A stretch of 35,244 bases of DNA from positions 85,847-121,090 of the forward strand of contig JAYOZO010000001.1 of the NCBI GenBank assembly GCA_038154165.1. Reading direction: 5' to 3'. Below are positions 9,887 to 20,385 of this stretch, in pieces (within the stretch, counting starts at the first letter, position 1; each line of letters starts with the position of its first letter). Below the pieces are notes generated by a model. That model ran no database searches, was not told the DNA's origin, and saw only the letters and a program-made list of their open reading frames with translations. Made by a program: the position numbers and the translations under genes. This DNA is from Thiothrix sp. (GTDB lineage: Bacteria > Pseudomonadota > Gammaproteobacteria > Poriferisulfidales > GCA-002705445).

Positions 9887-11263
9887 ATGAAAATTTCAAA
9901 AAATATATTTAAAGCATATGATATTAGAGGAATATTTGAACAAGAATTATTTGTTACTACAGCCAAAGAAGTAGCTAAATCAATTAGTAGAATTTATAAA
10001 CAACATAAAAATACCATTGTTATAGGCAGAGATGGGAGGTTATCAAGTAAAAAATTATCCGATTCTTTAATTGAAGGATTTCTTGAGTCAGGAAAAAATA
10101 TAATTGATATAGGTGAAGTTCCAACGCCAGTACTATACTTTGCTATAAATTTTTTAAAATTAAATTCTGGAGTGATGGTTACTGGAAGTCATAACCCAAA
10201 AGAATATAACGGATTTAAAATTATAATGAATAATCACGCATTAGCAGGAGAAGAGATTCAGGAAATTTATAATAAAATTTTAAGTAATAACATTGAATCT
10301 AATTATAAAAGTAATACATATCTGAAAAAAATTAATATTATTCATGAATATGAAAAAAGTTTTTTGGAGAGCATTAAAATTAGAAAAAAATTAAGAATTG
10401 CTATAGATGCAGGCAATGGTATAGCAGGTCCAACAGCTTTAGCTATTTACAAAAAACTAGGTTTAGAATTAATAGAACTCTACTGCGATATTGATGGAAA
10501 TTTTCCAAACCATCAACCAAATCCAAGCGACCCAAATAATTTAGCAGATCTAATTTACGCAGTAAATAAAAATAACTGTGATCTAGGAATCGCATTTGAT
10601 GGAGATGGCGATAGATGCCTAATTATTGATAATAAGGGCAATATTTTGTGGCCGGATAGACAAATGATGTTATATTCGAAAGATATATTGTTAAAGGATG
10701 CTAATTCAAAAATAGTGTATGACGTAAAATCTTCAAAAGATTTGCCGGAGTATATAAAAAAATATGGTGGCAAACCAGTTATGTGTAGAACTGGCCACTC
10801 GTTTATTAAGTCTAAAATGAAGGAAATGAATGCTATACTTGGCGGAGAAATGTCAGGACATATTTTTTTTAATGATAAATGGTTTGGATTTGATGATGGT
10901 ATTTATTGCGGAGCAAGAATGCTTGAAATATTATCTAATCAAAAATTAACTAGTAATGAGCTATTCAGTTCTTTACCTTTTTCTTTTTCAACACCTGAGA
11001 TAAATATTTTTGTTGATAAAGATGGAATACAACACGAATTTATGAAAAAGTTTATAAAAGATGCAAAATTTTCAAATGCAAAGATTTCTAAAATTGATGG
11101 ATTAAGAGCTGATTTTAAAAACGGCTGGGGTTTGATAAGAGCTTCTAATACAACCCCATGTCTTGTTATGCGTTTTGAAGCTGATACAGAAAGCGAATTA
11201 AAAGTTATACAAAAAAATTTTATAAACGAAATAAAAAAAATAGATGCAACTTTAGAGATTTAA
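9887..11263 (+). CDS. algC: phosphomannomutase / phosphoglucomutase (alpha-D-phosphohexomutase)
   Basis: Active-site Ser loop TGSHNP, metal loop FDGDGDR, sugar loop GEMSGH. The position between dut and argB is that of Pseudomonas algC. The symbol rests on synteny only. Confidence 0.85.
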   Translation: MKISKNIFKAYDIRGIFEQELFVTTAKEVAKSISRIYKQHKNTIVIGRDGRLSSKKLSDSLIEGFLESGKNIIDIGEVPTPVLYFAINFLKLNSGVMVTGSHNPKEYNGFKIIMNNHALAGEEIQEIYNKILSNNIESNYKSNTYLKKINIIHEYEKSFLESIKIRKKLRIAIDAGNGIAGPTALAIYKKLGLELIELYCDIDGNFPNHQPNPSDPNNLADLIYAVNKNNCDLGIAFDGDGDRCLIIDNKGNILWPDRQMMLYSKDILLKDANSKIVYDVKSSKDLPEYIKKYGGKPVMCRTGHSFIKSKMKEMNAILGGEMSGHIFFNDKWFGFDDGIYCGARMLEILSNQKLTSNELFSSLPFSFSTPEINIFVDKDGIQHEFMKKFIKDAKFSNAKISKIDGLRADFKNGWGLIRASNTTPCLVMRFEADTESELKVIQKNFINEIKKIDATLEI

Positions 11264-11264
11264 G

Positions 11265-12122
11265 ATGGATAAAAATAAAGCCGAGCAAGTAGTAAAAATT
11301 CTCACAGAAGCATTACCATATATACAAAAGTTTTCTAAAAAGATTTGCGTTGTAAAATATGGAGGTGCGGCAATGATTGAAACAGATCTAAAAAATAATT
11401 TTGCCAGAGATATTGTTTTAATGAAACAAGTTGGGATTAATGTAATTGTTGTTCATGGAGGTGGGCCACAAATTAATGATGAGCTTGAAAAAGTTGGTAT
11501 ACAAAAAAACTTTGTAGATGGTATTAGAGTTACTGACTCTAACGCTATCAAAGTTGTATCTGACACATTAGATAAAATTGTTAATAAAGAAATAGTTAAT
11601 TTAATAAATAAAAATGGGGGCAATGCTATTGGTATAGCAAAAGATGAGAAGAGAACGATTAAAGTACAAAAATTCATTTCTAATAAAGTCGATTATGGTT
11701 ACGTTGGCGAAATAATTGATGTTAATACAAACTATCTTTTTGATTTGATGAATTCAAATTATATACCTGTGATTGCTCCATTGGGATATGATTATGAAAA
11801 TAATATATTCAACATTAATGCTGATTCTGCAGCTAGTGATATTGCTTCACAATTAGCTGCTGAAAAATTAATCTTTTTAACTGATCAATCTGGAGTGCTA
11901 GATAAAAAAAATAATCTTATTTCTACTCTATCTTTTTCTGAGATAAAAAAACTTGTAAATTCTGGAATAATATCTGGAGGAATGCTTCCAAAAATAAACG
12001 CTTGTATAAATGCAATAAAAAATAGTGTAAAAATGGCCCATATAGTTGATGGAAGAATTCAACATTCAGTATTATTAGAAATTTTTACAAAAGAAGGTAT
12101 AGGTACTTTAGTTAAAAAATGA
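11265..12122 (+). CDS. argB: acetylglutamate kinase
   Basis: 285 aa with amino-acid-kinase motifs (VVKYGGAAM, VVHGGGPQI, NINAD.AA). Confidence 0.92.
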   Translation: MDKNKAEQVVKILTEALPYIQKFSKKICVVKYGGAAMIETDLKNNFARDIVLMKQVGINVIVVHGGGPQINDELEKVGIQKNFVDGIRVTDSNAIKVVSDTLDKIVNKEIVNLINKNGGNAIGIAKDEKRTIKVQKFISNKVDYGYVGEIIDVNTNYLFDLMNSNYIPVIAPLGYDYENNIFNINADSAASDIASQLAAEKLIFLTDQSGVLDKKNNLISTLSFSEIKKLVNSGIISGGMLPKINACINAIKNSVKMAHIVDGRIQHSVLLEIFTKEGIGTLVKK

Positions 12123-13120
12123 CTAAATGTTTAATAATTGGATCTGGTATAGTCGGTCTATCAACAGCAAATCAACTTCTAAAAAATAATTTTCAAATTA
12201 CAATTGTTGATGCTAAAAAAAAAGGGCAGGCCTCAAAATCTGCGGCAGGATTGCTTTTTCCGCTAAACCCTTGGAATAGTTCAGAATACTTGCAGCATTT
12301 ATGCATTAGTGGCTACGCTGAATATAAGAATTTCTTTGATAATTTAATATTAGAAGACAGGAGAAAACTTAATTTTTATCAGAAAAATTTAATAATTTTT
12401 GGCAAAAACCTTCAAAAAGCAAAAAAATGGTATGAAAACAAAACTTTTGTAGAGTCAAATTTTTTCGATGGTATGGTTAATGAAATTGAAAAAGCAATAA
12501 AAAAAGAATATGAAAATTATTTAGTTATAAAGAATATTAATATAATCAATCCTAGATCCTTAATTGAATTTTATAAGATAAAATTAAAAAAATCTAACGT
12601 AATTTTTAAAAATGAAAATATAGAAAATTTATCCGTACTTTTAAAAGATTCAAAATATAAAATTTATGATTATATAATAATAACAACCGGCGCCTGGAGT
12701 AATGATTTAATTAAAAATGAAAAGATTAAAGTAAAGCCTATAAAAGGCCAATTGTTGAATTTTAAGTCAAGTAAAAAAATATTAAATAATGTATTATTAT
12801 TTGATGATTATTATATTATCCCAAGAGATAAAAATAATATTACTATCGGTTCTACAATAGAGGATGTTGGTTTTGATAGCGAATTAACTCTATCAGCATA
12901 CACATATTTAAAAAATGCATTATCTAAATTATTTTCAGATGATATTCAATTACAAAATACCCAACAGACATTTGGATTTAGGCCATTTTCATATGATAAT
13001 AAACCGTATATTAATTTTGATAAAAAAGATAAGAGAATTATTTACAATTTTGGGCACTACCGGTATGGTATTTTAACTGCTATCTCGTCTGCTAAAATTG
13101 TCAATAATTTAATTACTTAA
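12119..13120 (+). CDS. thiO: FAD-dependent oxidoreductase, ThiO-like glycine oxidase
   Basis: N-terminal dinucleotide-binding fold (CLIIGSGIVGLSTA), an AAGLL.P motif, and a C-terminal GHYRYGIL motif resembling the ThiO/DAO GH.RNGIL. It has a 4-nt ATGA overlap with argB. This is a very AT-rich, divergent member, so the substrate assignment is tentative. Confidence 0.6.
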   Translation: MTKCLIIGSGIVGLSTANQLLKNNFQITIVDAKKKGQASKSAAGLLFPLNPWNSSEYLQHLCISGYAEYKNFFDNLILEDRRKLNFYQKNLIIFGKNLQKAKKWYENKTFVESNFFDGMVNEIEKAIKKEYENYLVIKNINIINPRSLIEFYKIKLKKSNVIFKNENIENLSVLLKDSKYKIYDYIIITTGAWSNDLIKNEKIKVKPIKGQLLNFKSSKKILNNVLLFDDYYIIPRDKNNITIGSTIEDVGFDSELTLSAYTYLKNALSKLFSDDIQLQNTQQTFGFRPFSYDNKPYINFDKKDKRIIYNFGHYRYGILTAISSAKIVNNLIT

Positions 13121-13128
13121 AGAGTTTA

Positions 13129-13201
13129 GCCTGTGTAGCTCAGTTGGTAGAGCATTTCATTCGTAACGAAAAGGTCGTCAGTTCAATCCTGACCACAGGC
13201 T
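13129..13201 (+). tRNA. tRNA-Thr (anticodon CGU)
   Basis: I folded the cloverleaf by hand. It has a perfect 7-bp acceptor stem (GCCTGTG/CACAGGC), a 4-bp D stem (GCTC/GAGC), a 5-bp T stem (GTCAG/CTGAC) with a TTCAATC loop, and the anticodon loop TTCGTAA. There is one A31-C39 mismatch. It is near-identical in architecture to E. coli thrW. CCA is not encoded. Confidence 0.9.
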
Positions 13202-13260
13202 CAAAATTTTATTTCAAAAAAAGGTTTTTTTGTGTCAAAATAATTAAAAAAGGAGAATTT

Positions 13261-13353
13261 ATGGATATTTTTAGATTAACAGCATTAATTTTAGGAATTG
13301 TAATTGTTGTAGGTACTATTTTATATGCATTATATGAAGTTGGAATTATTTAA
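13261..13353 (+). CDS. hypothetical 30-aa single-pass hydrophobic micro-protein
   Basis: An ATG is preceded by a canonical AAGGAG (13250..13255) at 5-nt spacing. The product [30 protein letters not shown] is one transmembrane helix. The longer track ORF (13144..) is an artefact that reads through the tRNA gene. Confidence 0.4.
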   Translation: MDIFRLTALILGIVIVVGTILYALYEVGII

Positions 13354-14284
13354 TATTTAATTCTTTAGGTATTTTAAAAATTATATTTTCTTCGACTCCT
13401 TGTGAATTGATGATATTTAAAGCTCCAAACCCTTTCAATTTGCTTATAATTGATTGAACGAGCACTTCAGGAGCAGATGCGCCTGCTGTAAGACCAATAT
13501 TTTTTTTATTTGCTAGCCACTTTATATCCAAGTCATTAGCGCTATCTAATAAATATGCTGGAACTCCTGAGCGAGTAGATATCTCTTTTAATCTATTAGA
13601 ATTAGAACTATTCTCAGAACCAACAACAAATATTATATCGCATTTTTTTGTAAGTTCTTTTACAGCATTTTGTCTATTAGTTGTTGCATAACATATATCT
13701 CCTTTATTTGGCTCAATTACATTTTTAAATTTTTTTTTAATTACTTTAATAATACTTTGAGTATCATCAATTGATAATGTAGTTTGTGTAACATATGCAA
13801 TTTCGGAATTGACATTAAAATTTAATCTTTTTACATCATTTTCACTCTCAACTAAAATAATTTTTGAACCAGAGTTTGATGAATATCTTCCGATTGTACC
13901 TTCTACTTCAGGGTGGCCTTTATGACCTATTAAAATAGTATTAATATTTTTTTCTGATAATCTTAAAACCTCCATATGAACTTTTGTAACTAATGGGCAA
14001 GTTGCATTAAAAATTTTTAAATTTCTTTTTTCTGACTGTTCAATTATTTTATTAGATACACCATGCGCGCTAAAGATTAATATAGAATGTTCAGGAATAG
14101 ATTCGATATCTTCAATAAAAATTACTCCTTTCTCTTTAAGATCGTCAACAACATATTTATTATGAACAATTTCGTGTTTAACATATATTGGAGGACCAAA
14201 TAAATCTAAAGCATTATTTGTAATTTCAATTGCACGATCTACACCTGCGCAAAAACCTCTGGGATTAGCTAAGATTATGTTCAT
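13346..14284 (-). CDS. ispH: 4-hydroxy-3-methylbut-2-enyl diphosphate reductase
   Basis: 312 aa with an N-terminal [22 protein letters not shown], and [11 protein letters not shown]. It is the last gene of the ribF-ileS-lspA-ispH cluster. Confidence 0.93.
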   Translation of the reverse strand: MNIILANPRGFCAGVDRAIEITNNALDLFGPPIYVKHEIVHNKYVVDDLKEKGVIFIEDIESIPEHSILIFSAHGVSNKIIEQSEKRNLKIFNATCPLVTKVHMEVLRLSEKNINTILIGHKGHPEVEGTIGRYSSNSGSKIILVESENDVKRLNFNVNSEIAYVTQTTLSIDDTQSIIKVIKKKFKNVIEPNKGDICYATTNRQNAVKELTKKCDIIFVVGSENSSNSNRLKEISTRSGVPAYLLDSANDLDIKWLANKKNIGLTAGASAPEVLVQSIISKLKGFGALNIINSQGVEENIIFKIPKELNIK

Positions 14285-14781
14285 ACACTCTTATTTTTTT
14301 TTATTAATAAGGAATATAATAATAGTATAATTCCAATGGAAATAGAAATATCAGCAATATTAAATATTGGCCAATAAAAATCATTATAATGTATTTCAAT
14401 AAAATCTATTACATAGCCCAGAAGAAGTCTATCATATAGATTTCCAAGGGCACCACCAAGGATAAAGCTAAAAGCAATGTATTCTGTTTCTTTATCAAAG
14501 ATAATAAAAAAAGTTATAACACATATTACAATAAAACTAAAAATAATAAAAAACCACCTTTGCCATCCATCAGCATTGCTTAAGAAACTGAATGCCGCAC
14601 CATAATTGAAAGTAAGAGTAAAGTTTAAATAATTATTTATTAATAATGAATGATTAATCATTAAGTTATTTATAGCAAAATTCTTAGTAATTAAATCTAA
14701 TAAAAAAGATATAAAAATTATAGAAAAAATTACGAATTTTTTTTTATGCATATTTTCTTTTCTCGCCATCGCCGTAAACAT
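14281..14781 (-). CDS. lspA: lipoprotein signal peptidase II
   Basis: Four-TM protein with LspA motifs (N.GAAFSFL, GGALGN..DR, FNIAD). The start is uncertain: ATGs at 14781, 14769 and 14751 are all in frame, and 14751 (MHKKKF) minimises the overlap with ileS. Confidence 0.88.
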   Translation of the reverse strand: MFTAMARKENMHKKKFVIFSIIFISFLLDLITKNFAINNLMINHSLLINNYLNFTLTFNYGAAFSFLSNADGWQRWFFIIFSFIVICVITFFIIFDKETEYIAFSFILGGALGNLYDRLLLGYVIDFIEIHYNDFYWPIFNIADISISIGIILLLYSLLIKKNKSV

Positions 14782-17542
14782 TTGAGATACATCTTGAGCA
14801 AATATTTAAATATTTTTCATCTTTGCCAACACTTGCACATTTATGCCAACATCTATCACATTTTAAATTTACTGAATTAATTACTTCTATAATTACTTTA
14901 TGATTATTTATTTGAATAGGCTCTATCTTTTTATCAAGATTAATATTTTCTATTGAAACTTTCGAAGTTATGAAAATAAATTTTAGTTCTGAGTCAAATA
15001 ATTTAAGTATATTATACATTTCGTTTGAGCAGTATAATGTTATTTCTGCATCTAAAGGAGAGCCAATAAGATTTTCAACTCTTTTATCTTCAAGAGATTT
15101 TGAAACGTGTTTTTTTAATTCTATAATAAGATTCCAAAATTCATCTTGAATTCCTATAACATCAGACGATTCTTTGCTAGTCTCAATCCATTTATTATAA
15201 AAAATAGATTTACCATGATTGTTGGGTATGAATTTCCAAGCTTCTTCAGCAGTATGTGGGCAAATTGGAGCTATCCAAATCAGTAACATTTTTAGAACAT
15301 AATACATTGAATGTTGTGCAGAAAGTCTTTCTTGAGAATCTTTTTTACAGGTGTATTGTCTATCTTTTATGATATCAAGGTAAAAAGATCCTAGTTCATT
15401 AACGCAAAAACTATGTATTATTTTTGTTACCAAATGAAAATTATATAAGTCGTATTGTTGCTTAATTTGGTTTTGAGTATAAATAGCTTTCTTTACTATC
15501 CACTTATCAAGCTCAATAGTTATTAAATCATTTGAAAAATTTTTTGTATCATAGTCTGCAATATTTGATAATAAAAATCTTATGGTATTTCTTATTTTTC
15601 TATATTTATCTGACGTGCGGTTTAATATTTCGTCGCTAATATTAATTTCTGATGACGAGTCAGTTGATCCAACCCACAACCTTAAAATATCCGATCCTAA
15701 CTTATCTATAATTTTTTGTGGGGCGATAACATTACCTTTAGACTTAGACATTTTATTTCCGTGAGCGTCTACAGTAAAACCATGAGTCATAGCGGCTTTA
15801 TATGGTGCTATATTATTTATAGCAATAGATGTTAATAATGATGATTGAAACCACCCTCTATGCTGATCAGAACCTTCAAGATACAAATCAGCAGGGAATG
15901 ATAAATCAGATGTATTTTCTAATACTGCAGAATGCGAAGATCCTGAATCAAACCACACGTCAAGTGTATCTTGGACTTTTTCATATTCGTTAGGATTATC
16001 TATTAGTTCAGCAATATCTATGTCAAACCATATTTCAATACCGTGTTCTTCTACTAGCTTACAAATTCTTGAAAATATTATTGAGGTGTTTGAATGTGGT
16101 TCACCTGTTTTTTTATTTATTAATAATGTTATGGGAACACCCCATTTTCTTTGTCTAGAAATACACCAATCTGGCCTATTTTCAAGCATGGATTTAATTC
16201 TTTCTTTACCCCAAGATGGAATCCACTTAACACTATTTACTTTTTCAAGCGTATGTAACAGTAAGTTATTTTTTTTCATCGATATAAACCATTGAGGTGT
16301 CGCTCTGTATATTAATGGGGTTTTGTGCCTCCAGCAATGAGGATATGAGTGTCTAAATTTATTTTTACTCAATAAAGCATTATTTTCAATTAATAGTTGA
16401 ATAACAGGCTCATCAAGTTTATATACGTGAATATTATTTAAATCACTCGGTATACCTGAGAATATTCCATCACTAAGAATGGGATTTAGAATTTCTAAGT
16501 TATTTTTTTCCCCAAGCATGAAATCGTCTGATCCATGTGCGGGCGCTATATGAACGCAACCAGTGCCAGTTTCAGTTGTAACATGGCTACTTTCGATTAT
16601 GTCAATTACGTTATCTAAAAAGGGATGTTTAACTTTTATCCCTACAAGATCAATACCTATACAAGATGATAATATTTCAAGATTTTTATGAATTCTTTCG
16701 CAAAATCTTTTATATAAATTTTTCGCAATAATATAATTTTCTTGATCATCTTCAACTAATAAATATTCCAACTTTTTATTTATAGCTACAGATTTATTAG
16801 ATGGTAATGTCCAAGGTGTTGTAGTCCATATAACAACAGATGATGGTTTATTTATTTTTTTTTGTTTAAAAATATTTAGCAAATCACTATTTTTTAAAAG
16901 AAAAAATTTTACATCAATTGATAATGATTCTTTTTCTTCATATTCAACTTCTGCTTCAGCAAGTGCAGACTGACATTTTACGCACCAGTGAACAGGTTTA
17001 AAGCCTTTTTGTAAGTGACCATTGTTGTATATTTTTTCAAGTGCTTTAAGTGTTGATGCTTCAAATTTTTTATTTGATGTTAAATATGAATTTTCCCAAT
17101 CTCCTAAAATTCCTAATCTTTTAAAATCTTTTTTCTGATTCTCAACTTGTTCTACAGCATATTCTCTGCATTTTTTTCTGAAGTCTCGATCATTTATGCT
17201 TTGCTCTTTTTTTAATTTTTTTTCAACCTCTAATTCAATTGGTAAACCATGGCAGTCCCATCCTGGTATAAAAGGAGTTTTGTACCCAGAAAAAATTTTA
17301 GATCTAATTATTATATCTTTTAATATTTTATTTACGGCATGCCCTATATGAATATTCCCATTCGCATAAGGAGGACCATCGTGTAATACGAATTTTTTAG
17401 CATTTTTATTAGCTTCTAAAAGATTTTTATATAAATTTTCCTCCTCCCATTTTTTTTGTATTATAGGTTCTTTGTCAGGCAAATTTGCCTTCATTGGAAA
17501 ATCTGTTTTAGGTAAATTTAAAGTATTTTTATAATCCTTCAT
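14744..17542 (-). CDS. ileS: isoleucine--tRNA ligase
   Basis: 932 aa class-I synthetase with HIGH (NGNIHIGH) and KMSKS motifs, a CP1 editing domain, and a C-terminal Cys4 zinc knuckle (CDRCW...CSRC). Confidence 0.97.
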   Translation of the reverse strand: MKDYKNTLNLPKTDFPMKANLPDKEPIIQKKWEEENLYKNLLEANKNAKKFVLHDGPPYANGNIHIGHAVNKILKDIIIRSKIFSGYKTPFIPGWDCHGLPIELEVEKKLKKEQSINDRDFRKKCREYAVEQVENQKKDFKRLGILGDWENSYLTSNKKFEASTLKALEKIYNNGHLQKGFKPVHWCVKCQSALAEAEVEYEEKESLSIDVKFFLLKNSDLLNIFKQKKINKPSSVVIWTTTPWTLPSNKSVAINKKLEYLLVEDDQENYIIAKNLYKRFCERIHKNLEILSSCIGIDLVGIKVKHPFLDNVIDIIESSHVTTETGTGCVHIAPAHGSDDFMLGEKNNLEILNPILSDGIFSGIPSDLNNIHVYKLDEPVIQLLIENNALLSKNKFRHSYPHCWRHKTPLIYRATPQWFISMKKNNLLLHTLEKVNSVKWIPSWGKERIKSMLENRPDWCISRQRKWGVPITLLINKKTGEPHSNTSIIFSRICKLVEEHGIEIWFDIDIAELIDNPNEYEKVQDTLDVWFDSGSSHSAVLENTSDLSFPADLYLEGSDQHRGWFQSSLLTSIAINNIAPYKAAMTHGFTVDAHGNKMSKSKGNVIAPQKIIDKLGSDILRLWVGSTDSSSEINISDEILNRTSDKYRKIRNTIRFLLSNIADYDTKNFSNDLITIELDKWIVKKAIYTQNQIKQQYDLYNFHLVTKIIHSFCVNELGSFYLDIIKDRQYTCKKDSQERLSAQHSMYYVLKMLLIWIAPICPHTAEEAWKFIPNNHGKSIFYNKWIETSKESSDVIGIQDEFWNLIIELKKHVSKSLEDKRVENLIGSPLDAEITLYCSNEMYNILKLFDSELKFIFITSKVSIENINLDKKIEPIQINNHKVIIEVINSVNLKCDRCWHKCASVGKDEKYLNICSRCISNVYGDGEKRKYA

Positions 17543-18453
17543 TATATATTCAAAAATTTTTTAGCTGTATTTATGTCTTGAGTTATATTTTTTTTTAGAT
17601 CTTCGATACTTTTAAATTTTTTTGTATCTCGTATCTTGGAGATAATTCTAAACTCCAGCCTTTTCCCATATAATTCACCCTCAAAATTAAAAATATGGGC
17701 TTCAAATAGGTATTTGTTTCCATTAAATGTTGGCTTATAGCCTATATTTGCAACTGCATAGTATACTTTTTTATTATAGTAAGTTGAAACTACATATACA
17801 CCATTTAATAATATATTTTCTTCTAATTTAATATTTGCAGTAGGAAAACCAATTTTAGAGCCTTTTTTGTCACCGTGTACTATCTTACCAGAAATGGTGT
17901 ACGACCTACCAAGCATTTTTTCGGCTAAAGAGAAATTATTTTCTTTAATGGCATTTCTAATCAAAGTACTTGAAATACGCTTATTTTTAAAACAGTATTT
18001 TCGTTCAACTATTAAATTAAAAAATCCTTTGCAGGAATAATCTTTTAATTCTTCAACATTACCTGATTGATTTTTCCCAAATTTAAAGTCATCACCAACA
18101 GTTAAAGATTTTATATTTAATTTTTTTATTAATATTTTTTCTATAAAATCTTTGCTTTTCATTGAAATTAAGTTTTCATTAAACCTTAAAATTATTAAAT
18201 AATCTAAGTCAAAACTTTTTAAAAATTTTATTTTTTCATGAATTGAAATAAGTTCAAAATTTTTTTTTGCAAAATAAATTTTAGGAAGTGGTTTGAAGGT
18301 AATTAAAGCACTTTTATTTTTCTGAGCTTTTGACTCATTTATAATATTATGAATTATTTTTTGGTGACCTAAGTGAATTCCGTCAAAACCGCCAATACTT
18401 GCCGTAATTGAGTCCTTTAATTTTATGTTATCAATGTCTCTAAAAACCTTCAT
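17542..18453 (-). CDS. ribF: bifunctional riboflavin kinase / FMN adenylyltransferase
   Basis: 303 aa with an N-terminal FAD-synthetase domain (GGFDGIHLGHQ) and a C-terminal riboflavin-kinase domain (GFPTANI, LEF.R.IR....F). It has a 1-nt TAATG overlap with ileS. Confidence 0.92.
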   Translation of the reverse strand: MKVFRDIDNIKLKDSITASIGGFDGIHLGHQKIIHNIINESKAQKNKSALITFKPLPKIYFAKKNFELISIHEKIKFLKSFDLDYLIILRFNENLISMKSKDFIEKILIKKLNIKSLTVGDDFKFGKNQSGNVEELKDYSCKGFFNLIVERKYCFKNKRISSTLIRNAIKENNFSLAEKMLGRSYTISGKIVHGDKKGSKIGFPTANIKLEENILLNGVYVVSTYYNKKVYYAVANIGYKPTFNGNKYLFEAHIFNFEGELYGKRLEFRIISKIRDTKKFKSIEDLKKNITQDINTAKKFLNI

Positions 18454-20018
18454 CTTATATTTTTTGGGGATATTTTAAATAAATATAAAGTTATAAAATA
18501 AATTAGCGCAGATGATAATATTATTAAAAATAATATTTTTATTCTATTGTATATATCAAGCTCAACCCATGAATTTGCATTAAGATCATAATTTAAAATA
18601 TAAATTGTCATAATAATAGTTGCTAGTACTGACTTAATAAAAATTTTTATTACGCTTTTATCTATTATAAGGATTTTTGTTTTATAAGCATTTTTAAATA
18701 AAAAATAAAAATTTATATAGGCTGATATTGATGTGGCTATTGCAAGCCCAATATGGGTTCCTTTAAAATTTATACTAATAAGATATAGGACAAGAATTAT
18801 ATTGAGAATGAAGTTACATATCACAGCAATTAATGCAGCTTTAACTGGATATTTTGTATCTTTTCTTGAATAGTAGTTTGTTATTAAAATTTTTGCTCCT
18901 ATCATCCCAGGAAGACCTAATGCAAAAGCTATTAAGCTTATAGCGGTCATATGGACGTCATTTAAAGAAAATTCTCTGTACTGTAAAAGTGTTATTAATA
19001 TTGGTTCTGCAAGCAGCGTTAATCCAATAGAAGTAGGTAAAGAAATTAATACACCAAGTTTTAAGCCCCAATTTAAAGTAGTGTTATATGATTCATTGTC
19101 AGATTTACTATAATATTCTGATAATTTTGGTAATAGTACAGTTGCAATAGATATTCCAAATAAAGCTAATGGAAGTTCAATAAATCTATCAGACATATAT
19201 AGCCAACTTATACTTCCAGTTATTAAAAAGGAAGCAATAATCGTATCAAAAATTAAGTTTATTTGCGTAACGGAGGATCCAAATATCACTGGTAGCATTA
19301 GTAATTTAATTTTCTTTATACCTGGGTGATTCTTATTAAGTTTGTATTTCGGGAAAAGACCCATTTTGATCAAAGGATATAATTGAAAAGAAAGCTGAAC
19401 TATTCCTCCAAATAGAAGACCCCAAGCTAATGCATAAACTGGTTCATTGAATAAAGGAGCAAGATATATAACACTTAATATTAATATTATATTTAAAATT
19501 ACAGGCGTTATAGCTGGGACTGAAAAGTTCTCATAAGTATTTAAAATACTGGCTATAACAGCTGTAAGACATATAAATAACATGTATGGGAAAGTTATTC
19601 TAAGTAAGTTTCCAGCAAGCTCGTTTTGACCATATTCTGAATTTATAAATCCTGGAGCAATGATATATACTAAGATTGGTGCAATAATTATTCCTATAAA
19701 TGAAATTATTAAAAGTATTATTGATAAAGTTGTAATTGATGAGTTTATAAATTCTTTAACCTCATCATTGCTTTTGTTATTTTTATAATCACTTAAAATT
19801 GGAATATATGCTGTTGATAGGGCTCCTTCGCCAAAAATTCTTCTAAAGAAATTTGGAACTCTAAAAGCTACAAGAAATGCGTCAAGTGCGCCAGTTGAAT
19901 TACTGATAAAAATAAAAATTGCTGCATCTCGAATGTAACCAAAAATTCTTGATAGCATAGTGAATACTGATACTACTGCAGTATTTTTAAAAAACTTTTT
20001 TTTAATAGAAAGAGACAT
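18450..20018 (-). CDS. murJ: lipid II flippase MurJ (MviN)
   Basis: 522-aa, ~14-TM MOP-superfamily protein with the MurJ N-terminus (SR.FG.IRD......FG....DAF..AFR.PN..RR.F.EGA). It sits at the conserved position between rpsT and ribF. Confidence 0.9.
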   Translation of the reverse strand: MSLSIKKKFFKNTAVVSVFTMLSRIFGYIRDAAIFIFISNSTGALDAFLVAFRVPNFFRRIFGEGALSTAYIPILSDYKNNKSNDEVKEFINSSITTLSIILLIISFIGIIIAPILVYIIAPGFINSEYGQNELAGNLLRITFPYMLFICLTAVIASILNTYENFSVPAITPVILNIILILSVIYLAPLFNEPVYALAWGLLFGGIVQLSFQLYPLIKMGLFPKYKLNKNHPGIKKIKLLMLPVIFGSSVTQINLIFDTIIASFLITGSISWLYMSDRFIELPLALFGISIATVLLPKLSEYYSKSDNESYNTTLNWGLKLGVLISLPTSIGLTLLAEPILITLLQYREFSLNDVHMTAISLIAFALGLPGMIGAKILITNYYSRKDTKYPVKAALIAVICNFILNIILVLYLISINFKGTHIGLAIATSISAYINFYFLFKNAYKTKILIIDKSVIKIFIKSVLATIIMTIYILNYDLNANSWVELDIYNRIKILFLIILSSALIYFITLYLFKISPKNIR

Positions 20019-20060
20019 TATGCAATTATATATAATTTCTGATTAATTATTACTTTCTTA

Positions 20061-20089
20061 TTGACAAATTAGTAAGAAAACCGCATATT
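20061..20089 (+). promoter_or_regulatory. candidate sigma70 promoter of rpsT
   Basis: TTGACA (20061..20066), a 17-nt spacer, then CATATT (20084..20089), about 33 nt upstream of the rpsT ATG. The -35 box is perfect, which is notable in GC-poor DNA. The -10 box matches 4 of 6 positions. Confidence 0.4.
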
Positions 20090-20121
20090 TACCACTTTTA
20101 ATAGAAATAGGTTTTCAATTT

Positions 20122-20385
20122 ATGGCAAATTCTTCTCAAGCAAGAAAAAGAGCTAAACAATCTTTGACTAGAAGGCAAAGAAATATATCCTTAAAGTCAA
20201 AACTTAGAACGTACGTTAAAGATATAGTCAAGGCTATAGCTTCAGGTGATAAATCGATAGCAAGTGAAAATTATAAAAAAGCAGTTCCAATTATTGATTC
20301 TGGAGTTTCTAAAGGTATTATTCATAAAAACAAGGCTGCAAGGTATAAATCAAGACTAAATAAACAAATTTTTGAATTAGGATAA
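20122..20385 (+). CDS. rpsT: 30S ribosomal protein S20
   Basis: 87 aa beginning with the basic N-terminus MANSSQARKRAKQS, the typical bS20 sequence. It is divergent from murJ, as in Pseudomonas. Confidence 0.95.
   Translation: MANSSQARKRAKQSLTRRQRNISLKSKLRTYVKDIVKAIASGDKSIASENYKKAVPIIDSGVSKGIIHKNKAARYKSRLNKQIFELG

Noticed and set aside
13144-13260. The N-terminal part of the 69-aa track ORF 13144..13353.
   Set aside because: Its first ~20 codons translate the tRNA-Thr gene itself, and the next stretch has no RBS. I kept only the last 30 codons, which have their own AAGGAG and ATG, as a candidate.
13129-13353. The tRNA-Thr gene as a possible integration hotspot or genomic-island boundary.
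   Set aside because: I spotted no integrase, no phage or plasmid genes and no duplicated copy of the tRNA 3' end nearby. The flanking genes (thiO-like, ispH) are core metabolism.
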